Part shown: in pieces, positions 28,312 to 37,025 of the stretch
Layout of the letters: each line of letters begins with the position of its first letter
Numbering within the stretch: position 1 is the first letter of the stretch
Origin: a virus
Virus record (IMG/VR): IMGVR_UViG_3300023109_003600
Coordinates: 32,001-96,000 of that record
Length of the DNA: 64,000 nt
Strand: one strand, 5' to 3'
Position numbers and translations under genes: made by a program
The notes under the pieces: model-generated
The model's input: only the letters and a program-made list of their open reading frames with translations
The model's database searches: none
What the model was told of the DNA's origin: nothing

Positions 28312-29118
28312 TCATTCTGGGCGCTTACCCAAAGGTTTCCCATCTTGACCAATTTGCCCATCTCTAATTTTTGTAGCAGAGACTTCTTGCAATTCTTTAC
28401 TTAGTTCCAATTGTTCGATATTGTAACCAACACCTCTTCCATAAAATACGTCCATAATATTTGGAAGCTCTACGACTTTAATTTTATTTCCAAACTCGAT
28501 ACAAGCAGAATGTATCTCTGCTTTTACCTTTTCAAAATTGTAGGGATTACTATCATTAATTCCACCAACATCTCTTAATGCTATGCAACACTGACCTGTT
28601 CTTTTTATGGCTTCGGCAACAAGACTCTTGTGTCCAATGTGGAATGGTTGGTATCTACCTATTAGTAGTGCGGTAGGCGCCTGATTATCCCACACTTCGC
28701 TTTCGTTTAATTTTTCAATAACTTTATCGACCCACTCTTCTGGAGTTCCATCAGTAAGTCTTACATCATAATTCATAGGACTTTCAAACAATTTGTTCGT
28801 ATCTTCGTATCTACCCTCCAAGATTCTATCTACCCAAATTACAAAATCTGCATTAAAAGATTCTCTTGTTTTTTGAGTTGGGCAGATAAAGTCTGCGATA
28901 ACATAACACCCTCCCATTTTCGCCCAATCACAAAGTTTGCCCATTCTCTTGGCATGAGACAATCTATCTTCAGGAGAAAAACCAAGTTCAGAATATATAT
29001 CTTGCCTAACAGCATCAGCATTAAACCATGCAGCTTGCAATTTTGGAACGAGCTTTTCAGCTAAAGTTGTCTTGCCAGAACCTGGCAGACCCATAATTAA
29101 TATTTTTCTTTTCGTCAT
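28312..29118 (-). CDS. APS-kinase-like P-loop kinase fused to a HIGH-type nucleotidyltransferase
   Basis: Reverse complement encodes GLPGSGKT, NADAVR, LGFSPEDR, DFICP, then GRYQPFHIGH, YGRGVGY and SATKIR. The ORF track labels it + but it is on the - strand (stop TGA reads TCA at 28312). Confidence 0.88.
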   Translation of the reverse strand: MTKRKILIMGLPGSGKTTLAEKLVPKLQAAWFNADAVRQDIYSELGFSPEDRLSHAKRMGKLCDWAKMGGCYVIADFICPTQKTRESFNADFVIWVDRILEGRYEDTNKLFESPMNYDVRLTDGTPEEWVDKVIEKLNESEVWDNQAPTALLIGRYQPFHIGHKSLVAEAIKRTGQCCIALRDVGGINDSNPYNFEKVKAEIHSACIEFGNKIKVVELPNIMDVFYGRGVGYNIEQLELSKELQEVSATKIRDGQIGQDGKPLGKRPE

Positions 29119-29150
29119 AACCCTATTATACACTTTTATTTTTTTTATCC

Positions 29151-29179
29151 TTGACTTATTTTTTTAAAAATAGTAATAT
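29151..29179 (+). promoter_or_regulatory. sigma70 promoter
   Basis: TTGACT-17-TAATAT. Confidence 0.7.
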
Positions 29180-29192
29180 ATACTTATATCAA

Positions 29193-29729
29193 ATGAATTT
29201 ACTAGAAAACACAAAAACATATTTAGTAGGACACATGCAATATCTTAGCGGAAGAAATTGGCGCGAAGAAATAACAGGGCAATTAAGCTCCTTAAATATA
29301 ACATGTTTTGATCCATACAAAAAACCATTCATGAAAGATGTTGAAGAAGACGAAGCCTCTAGGCTTGAAATGGAAACATGGATGAAGACCAAACAGTATG
29401 ATCGAGTTACGGATAGAATGAAAACCGTAAGAGCATACGACCTAAACTTAGTTGATCGTTCAGATTTTATTATTGCCCATCTTGTTCCAGATGTAGCTTC
29501 GTGGGGCAGTGCAGAAGAAATAGTTACAGCAGTACGAATGAAAAAACCTATTTTTATTAGCATGGAAGGTGGAAAGTCAAAGACACCTTTATGGATGCTA
29601 GGAATGCTACCTCATAAATATATTTATAATAGTCTTGACGAAGTAGTAGAAATGTTGTATGCTATAGACAATGGAAACAAACCGATAGATTCAGATAGGT
29701 GGAGATTACTACAGAAACAATTCAGATAA
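29193..29729 (+). CDS. Nucleoside 2-deoxyribosyltransferase-like protein
   Basis: YLVGHM..WRE, FDPY, YDL..VDRSD, GSAEEI, KKP. Confidence 0.7.
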   Translation: MNLLENTKTYLVGHMQYLSGRNWREEITGQLSSLNITCFDPYKKPFMKDVEEDEASRLEMETWMKTKQYDRVTDRMKTVRAYDLNLVDRSDFIIAHLVPDVASWGSAEEIVTAVRMKKPIFISMEGGKSKTPLWMLGMLPHKYIYNSLDEVVEMLYAIDNGNKPIDSDRWRLLQKQFR

Positions 29730-29816
29730 TATAGAAAACAATGACACTAGATTTAATATTATTCATAATTTTTAGTTACTTATTTTACCAAGTTATAGAA
29801 AAAGGAAGATTTTAAT

Positions 29817-30194
29817 ATGAGCGAAGACAAAAACAATAAAAATAAAAACCCCCTCGAGGGAGCAACAAGAATGGGAGATTCCTTTACTCCCACTCCAGAT
29901 CAACTTAACGCCTTATTGGGAGACGCGATGGGAACTCAAAGAGCAGCCCTACCAACGCAACAATACCTACAGTCAATATTCAATCAGTATGTAGGATTAC
30001 GAGAGCAAAGTTTGGCAGACTTGTCTATGCTATTGCAACATGGAGTTGGAGTTGGAGATCATGCTGATGTAGGAGCAACAATCAAACAGAAAATTGAAGA
30101 GGCTGAGAAATACGACTCTTTAGTTTCTGCAATGGACAAGTGGTTCGCGGCAGGACAAGCGGCAGAACAATTCAAACAAGCAAAGCAAGAGTGA
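29817..30194 (+). CDS. Conserved phage hypothetical protein
   Basis: GVGVGDH motif resembling the VGIGEH family of large phages. Confidence 0.65.
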   Translation: MSEDKNNKNKNPLEGATRMGDSFTPTPDQLNALLGDAMGTQRAALPTQQYLQSIFNQYVGLREQSLADLSMLLQHGVGVGDHADVGATIKQKIEEAEKYDSLVSAMDKWFAAGQAAEQFKQAKQE

Positions 30195-30361
30195 GGGGTA
30201 AGGCATGCAAGAGGTTAAAAACTTTATTTAACCCAAAAGAAGGAGACGAAACAAGTAAAAAAGCTTATCGACTAGCAAAAAAACAATACAAATCATTTAA
30301 CGAAGACGAAAAAAAATCATTTATTAAAAATCTAGAAATTATTCACAATTCAAAACAATAA
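30191..30361 (+). CDS. Small basic hypothetical protein
   Basis: GTG start overlapping the previous stop (GTGA). Confidence 0.6.
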   Translation: MRGKACKRLKTLFNPKEGDETSKKAYRLAKKQYKSFNEDEKKSFIKNLEIIHNSKQ

Positions 30362-30366
30362 AAACT

Positions 30367-30681
30367 ATGGAAAACGAAAATAATCAAACAAACGATTGGA
30401 AAGAACGCGAAATTGGAGCTCTCTGGAGACGCAGTGGCAAAAGTCAAAAGTATCTATCTGGATACATTAGAACTGGAGACGAGCTAGACCCGCAAGAAGT
30501 CAGGCTAGTAGTATTTAGTAATAAGTACAAGAGCGAAAACGAAAAAGCTCCAGATTTTGTAGTCTACAGGTCCGAACCTGCGCAAAAACAAGAAACGGTT
30601 GAAGCAAAATCTTCAAACAAAGCTCCAGCAAAAGCTGAAGAAGATGATTTAGAGCAAGAGCTAGAAGAATTATTAAAATAA
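30367..30681 (+). CDS. DUF736-like protein, possibly ssDNA-binding
   Basis: EIGALW, KYLSG and KAPDF motifs; acidic tail. Confidence 0.6.
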   Translation: MENENNQTNDWKEREIGALWRRSGKSQKYLSGYIRTGDELDPQEVRLVVFSNKYKSENEKAPDFVVYRSEPAQKQETVEAKSSNKAPAKAEEDDLEQELEELLK

Positions 30682-30757
30682 TTAAAAGAAATCTAGAAAA
30701 TCTTTTTTTTCTGTGTAATATTGGTTAACTACATTTTAACATTTAACTTTATATATT

Positions 30758-31144
30758 ATGGCAGGCAGAGATTTCGACATTCATCCATCAGGCGTTTTTG
30801 GCGCAGATTATTCAGTATTAACTGGCAGCACACCTTTTACCCCACCAGCAGATGGAATATTTTTACCTCTATCAACGCTAGTGGGTCAATCTGGAGCTCC
30901 AACCGACCACGAGCTTACTAAAGCAGAAGCGGGAGTAGACCACAGAAAAGTAGCTTGGGGCATACTCGAAGCATATTATGCTCATATGTCAGAATTAGAT
31001 GTTGATAGCGCAATAGATAACTTTACTGTTACTAGAGGAGCTTTATCTTTTACTGGAGAAGCATCAAGTCGTAGAACTTATACCATTAGTTTTCAATATG
31101 GTGTGGGATCTATGGATATTGGTGACGAAACTGCAGCTCCTTAA
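30758..31144 (+). CDS. Hypothetical protein, paralog of 10211..10639
   Basis: GIFLPL, DHRKVAWGILE, RRTYTISF. Confidence 0.75.
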   Translation: MAGRDFDIHPSGVFGADYSVLTGSTPFTPPADGIFLPLSTLVGQSGAPTDHELTKAEAGVDHRKVAWGILEAYYAHMSELDVDSAIDNFTVTRGALSFTGEASSRRTYTISFQYGVGSMDIGDETAAP

Positions 31145-31512
31145 TGGAAGTCGAATACGGGCTAATTACTAGCTCGGCGGTACCAGAACAGCTGAGAGCG
31201 TCTAAGTCCTTTATGGAGGTAGACAAAAATCAGTGGTACGATTTAGTGGATTATGCAAAAAGTCTCGACCCAACCAAAGAGTCTGAAAAAGTTATGGTTT
31301 TAGTTGTTGCGCATGGAACTCCCGAAGAAGAAGCGGCAGAGCAAAAACGTCTTGAAAAAGAAGCGGCAGAAGTAGCAAGGTTAAAAGCTGAAGAACAGAA
31401 AAACATCCAACAAAAACAATCTGAACAAGAAAAACAAGAATCGGAGCAGAGGGAACAATCTAGGCTCAGAGCTCGATCAAAAGAAATACTCAATGCCTTA
31501 TACGGAAGATAA
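31144..31512 (+). CDS. Hypothetical coiled-coil protein
   Basis: E/Q/K-rich C-terminal half; translationally coupled. Confidence 0.7.
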   Translation: MEVEYGLITSSAVPEQLRASKSFMEVDKNQWYDLVDYAKSLDPTKESEKVMVLVVAHGTPEEEAAEQKRLEKEAAEVARLKAEEQKNIQQKQSEQEKQESEQREQSRLRARSKEILNALYGR

Positions 31513-31810
31513 GCAGTCGGTAATACACAAAGCTAATTTCATTATTAAAGCATGTAAGCTTTTAAAAACCGAGTTGCACTGTGATTTTATAGAAGAGCCC
31601 ATATTTCACTGTGTTATATATAACACAAGAGGTGATATGGCAAGTATATCGCAAGATCATAATTTATTTGAATCGGCAAAGTATGCCCCCGAGTGGTCAG
31701 AATCAATGACGAATTGGGCAAAAGAAGAAGGCTTCTCTGAATCACAGATTAAAACTCAAAACCTTATGCATACAGCAACCTTAAATGAAATCTGCGCGCT
31801 TTTAACATGA
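31493..31810 (+). CDS. Hypothetical protein
   Basis: Overlapping coupled ORF. Confidence 0.65.
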   Translation: MPYTEDKQSVIHKANFIIKACKLLKTELHCDFIEEPIFHCVIYNTRGDMASISQDHNLFESAKYAPEWSESMTNWAKEEGFSESQIKTQNLMHTATLNEICALLT

Positions 31811-32073
31811 TCGAAAAAGGAAAAAATTTACAGTTTTATTCTTGGGTAAGAGAAGGTGAGTCAATTACTGTTGTGGGAACAAGGCTTCCAGAAAAACCCT
31901 TAACGTTTTCTTTTTTTTTAGGTAAAGAACAATTAAACGATACAGACAGCTCGATTGTCACAGACTTTGTAACAGAATTAAAAGAATCAATGTCAAAAAC
32001 TAAAAGTAAAAATGCGAAAAACAACCCTAAAAAAGTCGCAAGAAGACCAAGAAGGGTGCCAAGAAGACGTTAA
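31807..32073 (+). CDS. Hypothetical protein with Arg-rich tail
   Basis: ATGA overlap; ends RRPRRVPRRR. Confidence 0.65.
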   Translation: MIEKGKNLQFYSWVREGESITVVGTRLPEKPLTFSFFLGKEQLNDTDSSIVTDFVTELKESMSKTKSKNAKNNPKKVARRPRRVPRRR

Positions 32074-32076
32074 TTA

Positions 32077-32105
32077 TTGACAACTCTAGCCAGCTATGTT
32101 ATTAT
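32077..32105 (+). promoter_or_regulatory. sigma70 promoter (leaderless GTG start at 32113)
   Basis: TTGACA-17-TATTAT. Confidence 0.75.
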
Positions 32106-32112
32106 ATTTTCT

Positions 32113-32532
32113 GTGGCAGATCAAAAAGATATAGATAAAACATATTTAATTATGGCTAAAGCTTGGGCAAACCTATCAAAAGCCCAAAGAAAAAAAGTCG
32201 GATGCCTAATTGTTAAAGATGGGTGTATAATTTCAGATGGTTTTAACGGAACCCCTTCTGGTTTTGATAACTCTTGTGAAAACAGAGAAAATTTATTTTT
32301 AGTTACCAAGCCAGAAGTTTTACATGCAGAAAGTAACGCAATAACCAAGCTAGCTAAGTCAACCCAATCTAGTTTAGGTGCAACAATGTATATTACAATA
32401 AACCCATGTGTTGAATGTGCAAAATTAATAATTCAGTCAGGAATAACTAGGGTCGTTTATAAAGATTTTTATAAGGATTATAAAGGAATAAATCTGCTTC
32501 AACAAGCAAAAATTAAAACAGAAAACATATGA
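32113..32532 (+). CDS. dCMP deaminase
   Basis: KVGCLIV, GFNGTP, HAESNAI, PCVECAK. Confidence 0.95.
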   Translation: MADQKDIDKTYLIMAKAWANLSKAQRKKVGCLIVKDGCIISDGFNGTPSGFDNSCENRENLFLVTKPEVLHAESNAITKLAKSTQSSLGATMYITINPCVECAKLIIQSGITRVVYKDFYKDYKGINLLQQAKIKTENI

Positions 32533-32960
32533 AAGTAAAGTTTAAAAAAATAGAACAATTCACTAAGGGGCCGACCAAAGCACATCAAGACGATGCTGGT
32601 TTTGATTTGTATGCATCAAGCAAACAAGAGCCAGTGTTTAATAGCGTGGGCCTTTATATTGAATACGGCACAGGGATTTGCTTTGAGATTCCAAAGGGTT
32701 ACGTAGGATTATTATTTCCTCGTTCAAGTATTAGTGATACGAGGCACAACTTAAGAAACTCTGTTGGAGTAATTGATTCTGGATATAGGGGAGAAGTAAA
32801 GTTTAGATTTTCCGAAGACAATACTTCTTCGGGTTATTCTGTAGGAGATAAGATTGGGCAAGTTGTTTTTATAAAGTTGCCCAAAATAGACCTAGAAGAA
32901 TCATTTAACCTCTCAGATTCAAGTAGGAATGAAGGAGGTTTTGGCTCCTCAGGAAAATAA
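32529..32960 (+). CDS. dut: Trimeric dUTPase
   Basis: AGFDL, PRSS, GVIDSGYRGE, RNEGGFGSSG. Confidence 0.95.
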   Translation: MKVKFKKIEQFTKGPTKAHQDDAGFDLYASSKQEPVFNSVGLYIEYGTGICFEIPKGYVGLLFPRSSISDTRHNLRNSVGVIDSGYRGEVKFRFSEDNTSSGYSVGDKIGQVVFIKLPKIDLEESFNLSDSSRNEGGFGSSGK

Positions 32961-33004
32961 GGCTTGACTTTTTCACACATAAACAGTATATTATATAAAT
33001 CATC

Positions 33005-33541
33005 ATGACATACCAAAACAAATTTGACAAAAGTGGAGAATGCGCCATCCAAGGAGAAAGCGCGGAAGAACTATTTAGCAAACTTTCTGTAAAAAGAAAT
33101 TACAAAGTGCGGAAAGCAGATAAAAATCAAAACATATATGACCACATAGACTACTATTTAACAGGAGTTAATAAAGAAAGTAATAAAGATCAGACAATTA
33201 CTGTAGACGTTAAAGCTCAAAAAAAGACAAACAGAAAAGATTCTTCATTTAACAACTCTTGGGTCTGGGTAGAGATTAAAAATGTACAAGGTAGAGATGG
33301 ATGGCTTTACGGGAAGTCAAATTTTATAGCGTTCGAGCAGAAAGAATACTTTTTGTTAGTACCAAGAAAGACTTTGATAGAGGTAGTTCTCTCAAACGTA
33401 AGGTTTGACCTAGACTATGTTCAAAGAGCCGCTCAAGCTAAGTACAGAATTTATCAGAGGCCAGGCAGAAGGGACCAAATTACACAAATCAAAGTGCAAG
33501 ATTTACTTGTGCTTCAAAACTCAACAAAATGGAAAAAATAA
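33005..33541 (+). CDS. Conserved phage protein, probable PD-(D/E)xK nuclease fold
   Basis: HIDY, VDVKA, WVEIKNVQG.DGWLYG; upstream TTGACT-17-TATATT at 32964-32992. Confidence 0.6.
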   Translation: MTYQNKFDKSGECAIQGESAEELFSKLSVKRNYKVRKADKNQNIYDHIDYYLTGVNKESNKDQTITVDVKAQKKTNRKDSSFNNSWVWVEIKNVQGRDGWLYGKSNFIAFEQKEYFLLVPRKTLIEVVLSNVRFDLDYVQRAAQAKYRIYQRPGRRDQITQIKVQDLLVLQNSTKWKK

Positions 33542-33542
33542 T

Positions 33543-33734
33543 ATGAGCATCAATACAGAATACGTTTATGTAGTAACTCGCAATAAAAGACGGGTAGAAC
33601 CAGTAAGTTATAAAACTATATCAGAAGCTCAAGATAGGGCAACAGGTTTAGTAGAAACCCTTAAAAAGTGGAAAGATCCAGATTACAACAAGGTCTCAAT
33701 AACAAAGACTAGGCATCCGCACACCATCACCTAA
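33543..33734 (+). CDS. Hypothetical protein
   Basis: ATG just after the previous stop; 63 aa. Confidence 0.6.
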   Translation: MSINTEYVYVVTRNKRRVEPVSYKTISEAQDRATGLVETLKKWKDPDYNKVSITKTRHPHTIT

Positions 33735-33740
33735 TTAATC

Positions 33741-33929
33741 ATGATAAATTATATTTTAAATAAATTTATGCCAATTTTAATTATAACCTTTTTACTCTTC
33801 TTAAATTTTGGGTTTTATAAGATCGAACCGTACATAATACTAGGGCTAGTAGCCTTTATTACTAACTTTAATTACAAGGTTGGTTACTCTATGGGAATTT
33901 GCGAAGCAAAAGGAATAAACTTAAAGTAA
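33741..33929 (+). CDS. Small membrane protein
   Basis: Two hydrophobic stretches. Confidence 0.65.
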   Translation: MINYILNKFMPILIITFLLFLNFGFYKIEPYIILGLVAFITNFNYKVGYSMGICEAKGINLK

Positions 33930-33945
33930 AAGTGTATATTTATAT

Positions 33946-34656
33946 ATGCCACCAAACAATAAAAAAAACTTCAAAATACCGCAGCTCGAACAAACAATAA
34001 AAGTTAACTGCCTTAAATTAGACGAAAAACAATTATCATTTTTAGAAAAATCTCTATCTGAAGATACAAAAGTTATGATAATTGCTGGTCCCGCAGGAAC
34101 TAGCAAAACCTACATGTCTGTCTACTCAGCGATGAGATTGCTGTCTTCAGACCCTAAAAAAGATTTAATTTATATTAGAACTGTAATTGAGAGCGCAGAC
34201 AAGGGAATGGGTGCCCTGCCAGGAGATCTAGATGAAAAATTCAACCCGTACATACTCCCATTACTAGATAAACTTGAAGAAATTTTGCCCAAAAACTCTA
34301 CATTAAAGAGAGATTTACTAGACAAAGGCCGAGTTTCGGCATTACCTGTAAATTTCCTAAGAGGGGCAAGCTGGAATAATAAAATTATAGTTGCTGATGA
34401 AGCGCAAAACTTCTCCTTCAAAGAGTTAACGACACTAATTACTAGAATAGGCGAGAACTGTACCCTATTTATATGTGGAGACCCAATGCAAAGCGATATC
34501 AACGGCAAGAGTGGCTTCGGAGATTTAATTAACATTTTTAACGACGAAGAAAGCCAGGAAAAAGGCATTCATAGTTTTTTCTTTAACCATGCAGACATAA
34601 AGAGAAGCAAAATATTAAAATTCATAATACAAAAAATCCAAAAATATGGGGGCTAA
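33946..34656 (+). CDS. phoH: PhoH-like ATPase
   Basis: GPAGTSKT, LPGDLDEK, FLRGAS, DEAQN, TRIGE, GDPMQSD. Confidence 0.95.
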   Translation: MPPNNKKNFKIPQLEQTIKVNCLKLDEKQLSFLEKSLSEDTKVMIIAGPAGTSKTYMSVYSAMRLLSSDPKKDLIYIRTVIESADKGMGALPGDLDEKFNPYILPLLDKLEEILPKNSTLKRDLLDKGRVSALPVNFLRGASWNNKIIVADEAQNFSFKELTTLITRIGENCTLFICGDPMQSDINGKSGFGDLINIFNDEESQEKGIHSFFFNHADIKRSKILKFIIQKIQKYGG

Positions 34657-35164
34657 ATACAGAACTAAATACTCAGAAAACATTTATGACAGAAATTGGG
34701 GCAAAAATGGAGCAATGTTTATCAGCAATCTTGTCAGAGCTTCTATTTTTAACGAGTTTGAATTGGTTAAGCAGGGTTTTTCCCCAAGTGCTACTTTTGA
34801 TATTACGTTTCCGCATGCTTTAGTTGGTCTTAATGTAAATGGCAAAGATTATCTTTCATATAAAGAGGGTAATAAAGATCAACAAATAAAATACAAAGCA
34901 AAAGATGGCATGAAAGAGATAGCTACTTTTTTAAAGCGAAAAAAAATACTAAATAAATCAAATTACAAAAACTTTCGAACGAAAGTTTTCATTCTTTTCG
35001 AACAAAAAACTGGTGGAAATTTCTTAGAAATTATAAATGGGGGAGGTATAAATTTCCTTGAAAAAATCGAAGATCAACAGAAAAATTCAAGGTTATTTAC
35101 TTATGATTATTACGAATCTATTTGCGTCAACAATATAGTGCATTGTTACGCCAGTCTACATTGA
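34646..35164 (+). CDS. Hypothetical protein
   Basis: 172 aa ORF overlapping the phoH end. Confidence 0.6.
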   Translation: MGAKYRTKYSENIYDRNWGKNGAMFISNLVRASIFNEFELVKQGFSPSATFDITFPHALVGLNVNGKDYLSYKEGNKDQQIKYKAKDGMKEIATFLKRKKILNKSNYKNFRTKVFILFEQKTGGNFLEIINGGGINFLEKIEDQQKNSRLFTYDYYESICVNNIVHCYASLH

Positions 35165-35406
35165 ATACTATCTATCAAGAATCAGGTTGCTGGTTTACAT
35201 ACGACTATGCGCATAAAAAAATATTCTTAAGCGTTGATCAGGTTAAGGCGCTCTGCCCTGCTGTAGATAAATTTACTGAAGACTCGGTAAAAAGATTCTC
35301 AAAAATTAAACTTAGTAACAATTTTCATAATTGCACTTTGATACCAACAAAAAACATAAAGGATATATATAATAGCTTGTTTAAAATAAAACAAAAAAAG
35401 TGTTGA
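35161..35406 (+). CDS. Hypothetical protein
   Basis: TTG start overlapping the previous stop. Confidence 0.5.
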   Translation: MNTIYQESGCWFTYDYAHKKIFLSVDQVKALCPAVDKFTEDSVKRFSKIKLSNNFHNCTLIPTKNIKDIYNSLFKIKQKKC

Positions 35407-35494
35407 CAAAACCATACTACTGATGTAATATATATACATAATCAAAATTGAGAATCAAACTCAAGCAAATAAAATAATTGATCTTTAACATTTT
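35403..35494 (+). promoter_or_regulatory. sigma70 promoter plus boxA-like leader element
   Basis: TTGACA-17-TAATAT at 35403-35431; TGATCTTTAACATTTT at about 35479-35494 resembles the rrn boxA (TGCTCTTTAACA). Confidence 0.7.
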
Positions 35495-35496
35495 AA

Positions 35497-35770
35497 TTTG
35501 AGGTTTAACCCAATCTTGCAAGAGAAGGGAATCATCGTTTAACTGCCTAAAGTTAATCCTCAAAAAACTTTGGAAGGGCTTATAATCCTTCCTGTGGGTG
35601 ACTGAAATAGCCTGTTGTGAGCGGGCTAAGGTATACAATTCTCTGTGGTAGAGTGCCAATGGACAAATGTCTGAGGCAGGGTTCCCAACCCTAATTGTAG
35701 TGCGAGTAGGAAAATTATGAACTGATGTTCACACCAAAAGTTGAGAGTATACAGTAATCTCTCCCCACAC
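35497..35770 (+). ncRNA. Highly structured non-coding RNA (possibly manA-motif related)
   Basis: GC-richer ORF-free stretch with nested stems, e.g. TTTGAGG/CCTCAAA, GGAAGG/CCTTCC, TGTGGG/CCCACA, TAGCCTGT/GCGGGCTA, TACAATT/AATTGTA, GAGAG/CTCTC; followed by a T-rich tract. Confidence 0.75.
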
Positions 35771-35786
35771 TTATTTTTTAAACCCC

Positions 35787-36095
35787 ATGATCTTTATAAA
35801 AAAAGACGAACAATCAAGAAACGCACTAAAACTAATTAAGCAGGTTCTACAAGCTCATCAAGACATGTTAGAACAAAAAGAGTCTGAACTAGTATGCATT
35901 GCCTCAGAAGAAATTAAAAATGAAATTAACAGCATCCTAAAAAACAAGGCCCCGCAAGAAGAAACGTTTTCTAAAGCAGATCTAATTTCTCAAGAGATAG
36001 AAGTTATAGATATAAAGATAGCTGCTATACAATATACGTACGATTACGTAAAGTTGATGTTAAAACAATGCGAAAAATTGGAAAAGAATACATAA
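35787..36095 (+). CDS. Hypothetical coiled-coil protein
   Basis: 102 aa ORF. Confidence 0.65.
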   Translation: MIFIKKDEQSRNALKLIKQVLQAHQDMLEQKESELVCIASEEIKNEINSILKNKAPQEETFSKADLISQEIEVIDIKIAAIQYTYDYVKLMLKQCEKLEKNT

Positions 36096-36295
36096 AGTAT
36101 CATCTCGAAAATACCTTTCGAGAGCAATCAAAAGAAAGACGGTTACTAAAAATTGACTGGTACGACGAAAAAGGAATACGGGCAGCGGCTTATATGTCAA
36201 AAGTAAATCCCAACCATGAGGATGTAGACAATTTTCTGCAAAACAAAAGTTTAACAGACTTAATTTTACTTTTTCCACCCCTGGAGGTAGAATAA
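36068..36295 (+). CDS. Hypothetical protein
   Basis: 75 aa ORF. Confidence 0.55.
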   Translation: MRKIGKEYIKYHLENTFREQSKERRLLKIDWYDEKGIRAAAYMSKVNPNHEDVDNFLQNKSLTDLILLFPPLEVE

Positions 36296-36341
36296 ATAAG
36301 ATTAATTATTTATATACGAAAATCCAAGTGTAATAAAATTC

Positions 36342-36578
36342 ATGGACCCAACCTTTAAAAATATAATGTTTATCCTTATCTCTGTCTTTATTACATGGGA
36401 GTACTATTCAAGAGGAAAAGAGGTTGAGGAGTTAAAAGAAACAATATTCGTTCAACATCAAGCGATAGATTCTCAGAATTTATTAATTAATTTTTATAAA
36501 AATAAATTTCACGAAGAATCCTACAACCCTCCTTTCTATGAAAGCCAACAAAAAATAAACAAATATGAAAGTAAGTGA
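36342..36578 (+). CDS. Membrane-anchored small protein
   Basis: N-terminal transmembrane segment then coiled coil; GTGTA 9 nt upstream. Confidence 0.65.
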   Translation: MDPTFKNIMFILISVFITWEYYSRGKEVEELKETIFVQHQAIDSQNLLINFYKNKFHEESYNPPFYESQQKINKYESK

Positions 36579-37005
36579 ATTAGTAAAAAAATGCAACTAT
36601 AAAAAAGTTTTTAATATAGTTTACAAGAAATATTTAATAAATAAATCTCCCGAACATGTAATCAGAGTAGATCTGGAAATTCAAAAAGCTTATAACTTCA
36701 TAAGTAAAGTGTCATGTTCCCCAGAAGTCGCAAAAGATAGTCACTCGGTATACGTACTCTTTACAGAGGGTGAACAAGTAGATATATGTATTCATGATGA
36801 AGAATCAGACGAATTATGCTCTTTAGATCTTTATGACTGGACTCAGCTAGCATGTCTTGAATTTAAAAAGGGTTGCGAGTTATCCAGTTCAGAAATTGCT
36901 GCAGAAATACTCTGGGAAATAACCCATTGGGGAAACAATGAAGATATTAAAAAGTTACTAAAAGACATTGACGACACAATTAACAACTTGACAAAAGACG
37001 ATTAA
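36565..37005 (+). CDS. Hypothetical protein
   Basis: AEILWEITHWG motif; 146 aa. Confidence 0.65.
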   Translation: MKVSELVKKCNYKKVFNIVYKKYLINKSPEHVIRVDLEIQKAYNFISKVSCSPEVAKDSHSVYVLFTEGEQVDICIHDEESDELCSLDLYDWTQLACLEFKKGCELSSSEIAAEILWEITHWGNNEDIKKLLKDIDDTINNLTKDD

Positions 37006-37025
37006 TAAGTTAACATTGCTAGTCA

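Noticed and set aside
28312-29133. ORF-track entry labelled + strand
   Set aside because: The listed protein is encoded by the reverse complement (the + strand begins TCATTCTGGGCGCTTACC, i.e. GKRPE-stop on the - strand). Annotated as minus with a likely start at 29118.
35417-35659. 80-aa minus-strand ORF
   Set aside because: Antisense to the promoter and structured RNA, TTG start, no recognisable motifs.
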